Assembly (NCBI GenBank): GCA_004210715.1
Contig: SEDB01000010.1
Location: forward strand, 655 to 64,654
Length of the DNA stretch: 64,000 nt
Direction: 5' to 3'
Source of the DNA: Pedobacter sp.
GTDB lineage: Bacteria > Bacteroidota > Bacteroidia > Sphingobacteriales > Sphingobacteriaceae
In this document: positions 1-8,216 of the stretch, one piece after another
Layout: every line of letters starts with the position of its first letter
Position numbering within the stretch: position 1 is the first letter of the stretch
Position numbers and translations under genes: made by a program
The notes under the pieces: model-generated
Told to the model about the DNA's origin: nothing
What the model saw: the letters and a program-made list of their open reading frames with translations, nothing else
The model's database searches: none

Positions 1-651
1 ACTTTCATCTCGTGGCTCTATATTAAATTTTGGTTGAGGGCGAAGCATATGGTGAAGTTCATGTCCGCCCAATGCACCCATTTTATTCTGATCATTTTTG
101 AAAGCACAGAGCAGCGTGTAAATGATCAGATCTTCCTGCGCATGTGCATCATTATGAATAGGAATAATAGCTACTTTCAGATCTGGCAGCGTTTTATGGG
201 AAGTTTTTGGAAGCGCCGAATAGGCATATTGATAAGAGGTTTCGAAGTAAGACTTAGGATTTGCATCAATTTTTTTAAGATATGCTTTCATATCCTCCTC
301 GTTGATTTTATACTGATTAATCATATAGGTAAGCCAATAGGAAGCTGGATCAGCAAGTCGTTTCTTCAACCGATCGGCATTTTGTGGCATATACACGATT
401 TGCATATTCTTACGATAGGACTCAAAATACTGGTCATCTACACCCTGATCAGCCATATAATCCTTAATGGCTTTGTCAGAAAGAAATGTTCCCCAGGTCG
501 ACCGGTCTAAGGTATCGCCATTTTTAAGTTTCGCAGTGATTTCAAAATATTTATAACACGTTGAATCTACAAAGGACTGGGCAGAAGACGTTAGGGGTAA
601 TACTATAAGCCCTAAGATGATGATGCCTAAAAAATGATTTGGTTTACTCAC
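1..651 (-). CDS. Secreted putative Zn-dependent protease (HEXXH; DUF5700-like), 3' end outside window; missing from ORF track
   Basis: Manual translation from GTG at 651: MSKPNHFLGIIILGLIVLPLTSSAQ (signal peptide) ... GALGGHELHHMLR. Frame stays open to the window edge. Confidence 0.75.
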   Translation of the reverse strand, partial: MSKPNHFLGIIILGLIVLPLTSSAQSFVDSTCYKYFEITAKLKNGDTLDRSTWGTFLSDKAIKDYMADQGVDDQYFESYRKNMQIVYMPQNADRLKKRLADPASYWLTYMINQYKINEEDMKAYLKKIDANPKSYFETSYQYAYSALPKTSHKTLPDLKVAIIPIHNDAHAQEDLIIYTLLCAFKNDQNKMGALGGHELHHMLRPQPKFNIEPRDES

Positions 652-882
652 TGCTATGTTGGTTTGGTTTCGGTTCCAAACATACAAAAGCAAATGTTGG
701 TTTTTAAATCCAAAAACTTTCTGGAATAAGATTCTTTGATTTTCCTTTGAAGATTATTCAGTCATCAAAACCAGGAAAGAGCGTAAAATAACTTGTAAAA
801 TGATGGAGAATGATAAGCTATTAGCATGACAATATTGAATACCTGATACGATTATTTTTTAGTCTAACGATCCAATTCCGCC

Positions 883-1006
883 ACAAATTTAAGGTTCAGT
901 TGCGGCACGCAAAGGAATTTCCGGCATAAACCCTCCTGTGGCGTTTTCAGCTAAAGTCCATTTATTCCGTTCCTCCTTTTGCTTTGGCGCTGGAACTGAA
1001 CCTTGT
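883..1006. repeat. Long imperfect inverted repeat upstream of radC
   Basis: AAGGTTCAGTT (891-901) and AACTGAACCTT (994-1004) are perfect complements. Pairing extends inward via GCAAAGGA/TCCTTTTGC. Confidence 0.7.
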
Positions 1007-1034
1007 ACTGCACCATAATTAAATCTTAAATATT

Positions 1035-1490
1035 ATGGAAAAGCAAGTTTTTAAAGTTTCAGAAATTGAAATCAGTTACCGCCCGGCATTTAAACTTTCG
1101 GAAAAACCTAAAGTAACTTCATCTCGTATCGCTTACTCGATATTTGATCAGAGTTGGGATCGCAATAGGATAGAATTACTGGAAGAGTTCAAGGTGATGC
1201 TCCTGAATCGGCAAAACAGGGTACTGGGCGTGCTGAATGTTGCTCAGGGTGGTTTATCCGAAGTGATGGTCGATCCGAAGGTCATCTATTCGGGGGCATT
1301 AAGGGCTTGTGCGAGCGGGATTATTCTCAGCCACAATCATCCAAGTTCGGAACTTAAGCCGAGTGATGCGGATATAAAATTAACGAGGAGATTGTCAGAA
1401 GGCGCAAAGCTGTTGGGGATTGAGGTGCTTGATCACATTATCATTTCAGCTTATGGATTCTATAGTTTTATGGACGAAGGAATGATGTGA
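1035..1490 (+). CDS. radC: RadC-like JAB domain protein (short form)
   Basis: EEF..LLNRQN and HNHPS...PS.AD...T..L..G...LGI.VLDHII JAB motifs. Confidence 0.9.
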   Translation: MEKQVFKVSEIEISYRPAFKLSEKPKVTSSRIAYSIFDQSWDRNRIELLEEFKVMLLNRQNRVLGVLNVAQGGLSEVMVDPKVIYSGALRACASGIILSHNHPSSELKPSDADIKLTRRLSEGAKLLGIEVLDHIIISAYGFYSFMDEGMM

Positions 1491-1895
1491 TTGTTGATCT
1501 TTAGCTGAATCTGTTGACGAGACTGGTCAATGAAAATCGCAAGTGCAATCTGCAGCTTTTGCGATTCAGCGTTTTGACTACACTTCTTTTTGAGCACGTG
1601 TAAGCCACAATAAGTGTTTTATTAATTCAGGTGATAATAAGCATATATTAATTGTCTTGTCATCTGATTGAACCATGATGGGTACTCGTAATTTTTTGAT
1701 CCCAAAATAAAACAAGGCCTGTTGTCACCCCTGGATAGATCTATTTCAATGTCATACAAATTTTTAAGGGCTCAGCCCAGACTTGAGAGCCTGGATTTCT
1801 GAATGCTAATTGTCAACTTTTGAAGGGGAATAGCCTAGTAGATTATAACTTCCATCTCAGAAATCTAGTATTACTAAAAAATCAATCATAAAAAA

Positions 1896-1927
1896 TTTGT
1901 AATACTAAAAATATTAGTATAAATTTG
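1896..1927 (+). promoter_or_regulatory. Bacteroidota sigma70-type promoter with an SOS-type operator between its elements
   Basis: TTTG (1896-1899), 20-nt spacer, TAAATTTG (1920-1927). Palindrome ATACTAA-AAATA-TTAGTAT (1902-1920) contains CTAA-N5-TTAG. Confidence 0.8.
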
Positions 1928-1950
1928 TGCTGCACTAAGGCAGGGTATTT

Positions 1951-2379
1951 ATGATCAGGACGTTTGAAAATAGAGCAGAGCAAAAGATTTCGGGATTTCA
2001 GTCTCCGGCTGCGGATTATTTGGAGGGACGGCTTGATATCGCCTCTACTTTGGTCGGGGATCCTCATTCCACATTCTATTTTCAAATGAAAGGGGATGCC
2101 TTGTCTTCGATCGGCATTCATGACGGGGATATTCTGATCATTGACCGCAGTTTAAACCCTAAACATGGCGCTGTTGTCGTCGCCTTTGTGAATGGAAATT
2201 TTACTTGCCGGATTTATCAGGTCGCTGGTAATGTTCCGGCAATTAGAAACGATAATGACGTTGTGTTCCAGACAGAAATAAATACCTTGCAGGTCTGGGG
2301 TGTAGTAACCTCAATTTGCAGGAACGTATTACCCAAATCACTTAAAAACGGGAAGTACCGCCATGTTTGCGCTCTGTGA
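1951..2379 (+). CDS. umuD: UmuD-like S24 family subunit with catalytic dyad substituted
   Basis: GFQSPAADY and GIHDGDILIIDR motifs; overlaps the umuC-like gene. Confidence 0.85.
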   Translation: MIRTFENRAEQKISGFQSPAADYLEGRLDIASTLVGDPHSTFYFQMKGDALSSIGIHDGDILIIDRSLNPKHGAVVVAFVNGNFTCRIYQVAGNVPAIRNDNDVVFQTEINTLQVWGVVTSICRNVLPKSLKNGKYRHVCAL

Positions 2380-3607
2380 CTGTAATAACTTCTACGCTTC
2401 CGCCGAGCGTCTGTTTCGCCCAGAGTTACAAGGCAAGCCCATTGTTGTGTTAAGCAACAATGATGGCTGTGTCATTGCCAGAAGTGAAGAGGCAAAAGCC
2501 TGCGGCATCAGGATGGGGGATGCTGAATTTTTGGTTAGAGACCTGATTAAAAAATTTCAGATCAATGTCTTTTCCAGTAACTATGTGCTTTATGGTGATA
2601 TGAGTGAACGCGTGATGCACCAGCTTGGCCGGGGGTTCCCCCGACTTGATGTTTATAGCATCGATGAAGCTTTCGGCTGGCTTGGCGGTATAAATAACTT
2701 AAATTCCTATGCCCCAAGAATCAGGACATCAGTAATGCAGAATACCGGTATCCCCGTATCCATTGGTGTGGCACCGACCAAAACCCTCGCTAAACTTGCG
2801 AATAAGCTCGCTAAAAAACACAACGGTGTTTTGGTATTGGATACTGATCAAAAAATTGCCTCCGCCATAAAAGACTTTCCTGTGCATGATTTGTGGGGAG
2901 TGGGCAGACAATACTATAAAAAATTTGAGGAACTGAAGATAGAAACTGTCGCACAGTTAAGGGAAATGCCTGAAATGTGGTTTAAGCAAAATATGACTAT
3001 CATGGGCCAGCGCATGTACAATGAGTTATGGGGCAGGCCAGCCATCCCGCTGGATGAAATCCGTGAGGCAACCAAAGGGATTACAGTCAGCCGCTCGTTT
3101 AGGAACTACATCGAAAGCCCTGAGGTCCTCTCAGAAGCATTGACGCTTTATGCCAGCAGACTGGCTGAGAAGCTGAGGGCGCAGGAGCTTCGTTGTATAT
3201 ACCTACAGGTGTTTTTATATACCAATAAAAACCGCGAAGATCATCCACAGCATTTTCCCAGCCATACGCACAAATTGCTCATCGCCAGTAACAGTACCAC
3301 TGACCTGGTGAGCATTGCGGTAAAGGTAGCGCAGAAACTTTTTAGGTATGGCATCAAGTATCGAAAGGCCGGGGTGATCGCCACGGGGCTTATCCCGGAA
3401 AGTGAACTTCAGCTTAACATGTTTTCAGACCACGATGGTGGCAAGAAAGATACGGTCTCTGCAGTCCTGGATAAGCTCAATCTTGCCTATGGCAGGGGAA
3501 CGCTTAGAATGGCAACTGAAGGATTTGAAAAAAAATGGAGACTCAAACATGAATACCTGTCCAAGGGTTACACCACACGCTGGAGTGATATTATAAAAGT
3601 GATTTAA
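2363..3607 (+). CDS. umuC: Y-family DNA polymerase V catalytic subunit (UmuC-like)
   Basis: DCNNFYAS, VLSNNDGC, YSIDEAF motifs; C-terminal W.LK.E.LS..YTTRW. Confidence 0.93.
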   Translation: MFALCDCNNFYASAERLFRPELQGKPIVVLSNNDGCVIARSEEAKACGIRMGDAEFLVRDLIKKFQINVFSSNYVLYGDMSERVMHQLGRGFPRLDVYSIDEAFGWLGGINNLNSYAPRIRTSVMQNTGIPVSIGVAPTKTLAKLANKLAKKHNGVLVLDTDQKIASAIKDFPVHDLWGVGRQYYKKFEELKIETVAQLREMPEMWFKQNMTIMGQRMYNELWGRPAIPLDEIREATKGITVSRSFRNYIESPEVLSEALTLYASRLAEKLRAQELRCIYLQVFLYTNKNREDHPQHFPSHTHKLLIASNSTTDLVSIAVKVAQKLFRYGIKYRKAGVIATGLIPESELQLNMFSDHDGGKKDTVSAVLDKLNLAYGRGTLRMATEGFEKKWRLKHEYLSKGYTTRWSDIIKVI

Positions 3608-3685
3608 ATTAAACGTCAAAATCATTAATAAACGGCCTCAACAGCAAAAAATCTAGGAACAAAAAAAAGTAAAGGAGACATAGCG

Positions 3686-4366
3686 ATGTGTGGAAGAACA
3701 CTGATCGGCGAGAGTAAAGCGATGGCGGCAAAAGCAGGCCTCATCTTAGGCGGGGAAGCAAAACCAAAAGATACCAATCGTCCCCCGGGCACCGATATGC
3801 CTGTCATTCTGGATGCCCGTCCGGGTAAACTCCATTATATCAAATGGGGTCTGATCCCATCTTATTCCAGCGAGGTTCCGAAGTTTAATACCACCTATTG
3901 CCGCATCGAAACCATGCAGTCTTTGCCCACTTATAAACACCTGGTCGGCAGGCGTCACTGCGTCTTTGTTGTCGAAGGTTTTTATGAATGGGACAGGAGT
4001 AATGCCGAGAAACAACCTTACTTTTTTCAACGCCAGGATAAAGCGCTGATGCTCATTGCTGGTTATTGGGACAGTTGGAAAGATCCAAGGACCGGCATCG
4101 TCATTCCGTCTTGTACTATGATCATGCAGCCCGCCAATGAATTTATGTCCAGGATCCACGATCGAATGCCCTGCATGCTCTCTCAGGCTGAAAGCGCCGT
4201 CTGGCTCGACAGGGAACTTCCGGTCACAGAACGGTTGAAGGTTTTGCACTCTGTGGATAATGAATTGCTGAAAGGCTGGCAGGTCGATAAAAAAATAAAC
4301 AATTCCAGAAATAAGGACGAGGACAACAATAAGCCCTCAGGCCCCGATCTAACCTTATTCAATTAA
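3686..4366 (+). CDS. SOS response-associated peptidase (SRAP/YedK, abasic-site protection)
   Basis: N-terminal MCGR (Cys2), WGLIP, GFYEW, IHDRMP. Confidence 0.92.
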   Translation: MCGRTLIGESKAMAAKAGLILGGEAKPKDTNRPPGTDMPVILDARPGKLHYIKWGLIPSYSSEVPKFNTTYCRIETMQSLPTYKHLVGRRHCVFVVEGFYEWDRSNAEKQPYFFQRQDKALMLIAGYWDSWKDPRTGIVIPSCTMIMQPANEFMSRIHDRMPCMLSQAESAVWLDRELPVTERLKVLHSVDNELLKGWQVDKKINNSRNKDEDNNKPSGPDLTLFN

Positions 4367-4472
4367 AATCGGTGGATAAAAAATGTGACTTTTCAAAACA
4401 AATGGAATGGCACGTTGTTGTTCGTCTACATTTTACTTATCAGTAAATAGTTAACTTCAGAATTAATAATTT

Positions 4473-4500
4473 AAAGGCGGTCGGGAGATAGCCTTTTTTT
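4473..4500 (+). terminator. Intrinsic terminator after umuDC-SRAP
   Basis: AAAGGC...GCCTTT stem followed by a T-run. Confidence 0.65.
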
Positions 4501-4563
4501 GTTTCACCTCTTTGCAAAGTAATGGTATTCGATTAATATCATTTTTTATATTTGCCTGTACAC

Positions 4564-5190
4564 ATGAACGGAACACAGGATATACAGGAAGCTTTTGGAA
4601 ACATAGATATTTATCTTTTTGATCAATTGCTTAAGGGCACTTATCAAAATTGTCATACCGTCCTGGATGCGGGTTGCGGAACAGGCCGAAATCTGATTTA
4701 CTTTCTAAAAAATGGATATGATGTACATGGGGTTGATCATTATGCTGATTCCATTAATGAAATAAAAAGCTTTGTTAAAAACATTTTAAAATCAAGGGCT
4801 TCTGAAAATTTTCATATCGCTCCGGTAGAGGATATGCCCTTTGAAAATGAAAAATTTGACCTGGTGATCAGCAGTGCCGTTTTACACTTTGCGCTAAGTC
4901 TCGGGCATTTCGAGGAGATGTTAGGCGAGATGTGGCGTGTACTCAAACCCGGTGGTTATCTGTTTTGCAGATTGGCCTCGGATATTGGGATCGAGTCCTC
5001 CGTGCGTTTTATCGGAAACGGAAGATACATCATGCCTGACGAGTCCGAACGCTTCCTGGTCAATCAGGAAATGCTTATCCGTCTAACCAAAAAGCTTGGC
5101 GGGATGTTGCATGAGCCTATAAAAACTACTAACGTGCAGAATTTGCGAAGCATGACTACATGGTGCGTGAGGAAAATGGACAATGACTAA
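4564..5190 (+). CDS. Class I SAM-dependent methyltransferase
   Basis: VLDAGCGTGRN, FDLVISSAVLHF, RVLKPGG; ATG at 4564 preferred over TTG at 4552. Confidence 0.88.
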   Translation: MNGTQDIQEAFGNIDIYLFDQLLKGTYQNCHTVLDAGCGTGRNLIYFLKNGYDVHGVDHYADSINEIKSFVKNILKSRASENFHIAPVEDMPFENEKFDLVISSAVLHFALSLGHFEEMLGEMWRVLKPGGYLFCRLASDIGIESSVRFIGNGRYIMPDESERFLVNQEMLIRLTKKLGGMLHEPIKTTNVQNLRSMTTWCVRKMDND

Positions 5191-5228
5191 TTTGTTTATA
5201 TAAGAAATATATTTAAAGGTGATCAATT

Positions 5229-5516
5229 ATGGCTTGCATGACGCCCGCTGAGCTTGCACTGGCAGCTCGAAAATTGGAAGCGCTATTTAGAAATTTCAAT
5301 ATCCTTCTTAAAGTAAGTCTTCCAAATATTATTGCCATCCATCTGCCATACGAGATTTCCTTTAGGGATAAAAGGGCTATGGAAGACTTCGGTTATCAGT
5401 CATTAACGGCCGCAGGCATACAATTATATTCGGACTTGGAATTGGTGTTTATAGATTTCGCTAAGCGTGAAACCAGCGTAATGTTAAAGGGGATACCTAA
5501 AGGGGATATAAATTGA
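5229..5516 (+). CDS. Hypothetical protein
   Basis: 95-aa ATG ORF, co-oriented with neighbours; no motif recognised. Confidence 0.55.
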   Translation: MACMTPAELALAARKLEALFRNFNILLKVSLPNIIAIHLPYEISFRDKRAMEDFGYQSLTAAGIQLYSDLELVFIDFAKRETSVMLKGIPKGDIN

Positions 5517-5658
5517 TAGTGATGTTGGGATTTAATTTTTCAAAACTTTTAATGCCTTCATATTTATATTCAATAGTCATTCATTGTTATTCGTGAAAAT
5601 CATTTGATTTAAATCTCAACAGGTAAAACAGTTTCTGCATTTTACACATTATCATGCT

Positions 5659-6285
5659 ATGAAAACAGCGGTGCCAGGATTATTTCTATTTCCGGATTTT
5701 ATAGATGAAAGAAAAGAACAAGATCTTCTTGATGAGATAGACAGCAGAGTATGGATGGTGGATTACGCCCGTGGGCTACAATACTATGGATACAGAAATG
5801 AGTTGGAAAGTCCTTATGATCTGGTACCGTTCCCGGCGCCACTTCCGGATCAAATCCGCCTGTTGTCAGAAAATATTACCAGACAGGGTATTTTGGATCA
5901 TTTATCTGACCAGGTTATCATTAATGAATATATGCCGGGTGAAGGAATCAGGCCACATAAAGACCGCAACTATTACGAAAATCAGATATGCGGGGTGAAT
6001 CTGGGGAGCGGTTGTGTAATGAGATTTATAAAAGGTGCGAATTTGGAGGCAATAGATGTCGAGATCCCAAGGCGTTCTATATATGTGATGCAGGACGATG
6101 CCCGGAAAACGTGGAGTCATGGGATACCTCCAAGGAAGAAAGACGTGATAAATGGTGTTATCCATCAACGGGAAAGAAGGGTATCAATTACCTATCGAAA
6201 GGTGAAGATGTCTAAGGTTCATCCACTCAATCCCGATGGGAAGGTGGCAGGCATGTTACAGCAGCTGTTCGGTATTAGCTCATAA
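5659..6285 (+). CDS. AlkB-family 2OG-Fe(II) dioxygenase
   Basis: NEY.PGEGI.PHKD (HxD), WSHGI, RRVSITYR. Confidence 0.88.
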   Translation: MKTAVPGLFLFPDFIDERKEQDLLDEIDSRVWMVDYARGLQYYGYRNELESPYDLVPFPAPLPDQIRLLSENITRQGILDHLSDQVIINEYMPGEGIRPHKDRNYYENQICGVNLGSGCVMRFIKGANLEAIDVEIPRRSIYVMQDDARKTWSHGIPPRKKDVINGVIHQRERRVSITYRKVKMSKVHPLNPDGKVAGMLQQLFGISS

Positions 6286-7185
6286 GCCGTCGGATAAATG
6301 GTTGAATGCTTTACTCAAGGCTTGATTATTTAATTCTTTATTCAAGAAAATAGGACGGACCAGTATGTAGAAGCCGATTTGATATTCTTCTGATGTGGAT
6401 TACCTTTCGGATTCTGCTTAAAGTTTCCAGCTGTATTTATGATGTAGCAACTCAGGTCAAGTGCATAAATTCCAAAAGTGGAGTGTAGGTGATGTTATTT
6501 TGATATTGAGCTTTGTAGCTTTGAGAAGCACTGAAATACACAATATTCTGAATCACTCCACTAATAGATTTCAGTTGTTTTATTTAAAAGGTCTTGCGAC
6601 TGAAAAGTGTTCATTTAGTCATCTTAAAATGACATGGGTAAAAGCGATTGCCATCGCTGATCCGATGTTTCCAAACTATTCTTCTGATGCTGATTCAATG
6701 GGCGTCATCGTGATGCATATAATGGTTGATTGAGTCGTTGCTGAGCCGTTGTAACTCATTTACAACTTGTCTGGGATTTATATTTCTATTTTTGACGAAT
6801 AATGAATTGCGTTTTATTTTCATGATCGAACGGGGTCATGCATAAACAGCATAGTTTTGATACCCTGGTTTTTTAAGTTAGGTGTAAACCTTTGGTTTTA
6901 GCAAAAGAAAGTTGTCCAGGTTCAAAATGCAACCTTCCAACGCGCCTTCAAATCTTTTTATGAATAATCGCGATTTATCATTATAAAATGGATTCTCTGA
7001 TTGTCGATTTTTTTTTACAGCTGCTTTCCAAGCCTTGTTTTTACTTTTTTTTGCGGCCTTTTTCACTATATGCTTTGGCTATAACTCCTTAACTTTTTAT
7101 TTTATTGCAGAATGATAAATCTTTATTATAAAAAAAGATTTTATAATGTAAACTCAATATATTTGATTCGGATTTTAAACACATC

Positions 7186-7926
7186 ATGATACAAGTAATA
7201 AATAGAGCTTTTGATATATTGGAATTTATTGCCCGTGAACCGGAGAAACCAAAGGTTCTCGGTGAAATAGCACAAGCACTGGATCTTAATGCTGGTACTT
7301 GCTCCAACATCATTAAAACGATGATGAACAGAAAGTATATTGAGAAAGCTGAATTTAAAAAAGGGTATATTTTAGGTTCTGCTGCCTATAATTTAACGGG
7401 TAATGAAGGCTATCGAAAGGAGCTGATTGATATTTCCAGACCTGATATGGAAATACTCACCTCAGAATTAAATGAGAATTCAGAATTATCAGTATTACAG
7501 CAAGATTTGCGGATGGTTTTATTAAGGGTAAAAAGCGATCATGATGTACAAGCCCGTACGGCTTCGGAAAAACGTGCCTATGATACGGCAGCGGGAAGAA
7601 TCATGCTTGCTTATCTAAGCGATTCGGAGCTGGAGGCTTTTGTTCAAAAGTATGGACTACCCGAAACCGGGGAATGGCCCGAGATCAAATCCCTCGCATC
7701 TTTTTTTGTTGAAATCTCAAAGATTAGAACGGCTGGATATTCCATTCAGATTAGTGTAAACCAAATTGTCGGTCTGGCTGTACCGCTATTTAAAGATGAA
7801 AAAATCATAGCCTGCTTAGGAATGTACATGCCAAACTATAGATATGATGCGCTTGGACATGAACGGATTTTGCAGTCGATCATCAAAAGCGGCAGAGCAA
7901 TTAATAAAAAACTAAATACCATCTAA
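7186..7926 (+). CDS. IclR family transcriptional regulator
   Basis: IQVINRAFDILE wHTH start, TAAGRIMLAY, GLAVP; TATATTTG -7 element at 7158-7165. Confidence 0.92.
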   Translation: MIQVINRAFDILEFIAREPEKPKVLGEIAQALDLNAGTCSNIIKTMMNRKYIEKAEFKKGYILGSAAYNLTGNEGYRKELIDISRPDMEILTSELNENSELSVLQQDLRMVLLRVKSDHDVQARTASEKRAYDTAAGRIMLAYLSDSELEAFVQKYGLPETGEWPEIKSLASFFVEISKIRTAGYSIQISVNQIVGLAVPLFKDEKIIACLGMYMPNYRYDALGHERILQSIIKSGRAINKKLNTI

Positions 7927-7949
7927 TAGATTTCATTCTGATTTACGCT

Positions 7950-7977
7950 ACCCATCCATCGTGATGGGTTTTTTTTT
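7950..7977 (+). terminator. Intrinsic terminator after iclR
   Basis: ACCCATC-loop-GATGGGT followed by a T-run. Confidence 0.75.
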
Positions 7978-8051
7978 GCCGATTAGATTTTAAATGAATT
8001 TAGTAAATAAAAATAAAAATTTTGGATTTGTGAATATAATCTCTAAATTTA

Positions 8052-8087
8052 GTTATAATATAAAATACAATTTTATATTATAAAATT
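8052..8087. promoter_or_regulatory. Candidate IclR operator (tandem AT-rich palindromes)
   Basis: AATTTTATA-T-TATAAAATT (8069-8087) and GTTATAATATAAAAT (8052-8066); related copy ATTTTATAATGTAAACT at 7138-7154. Confidence 0.45.
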
Positions 8088-8216
8088 TTAACCAGTATAA
8101 ATCTTTATTATTGTCTAGGATTCTTGCCATATTTTGGTGCAACTCCAATCATTAATATTGATAGCACCCTGCTGAAAAAGAGGGGTTAAATGCATATAAC
8201 CAAATTATAATTCGAT

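Noticed and set aside
34-510. 158-aa plus-strand ORF in the track
   Set aside because: Shadow of the minus-strand HEXXH protease gene (1-651), which has a signal peptide and motif.
6300-7100. Short ORFs at 6461-6733 and 6878-7066 and possible gene debris
   Set aside because: GTG starts, no recognisable motif, and frames interrupted by stops; no call can be supported.
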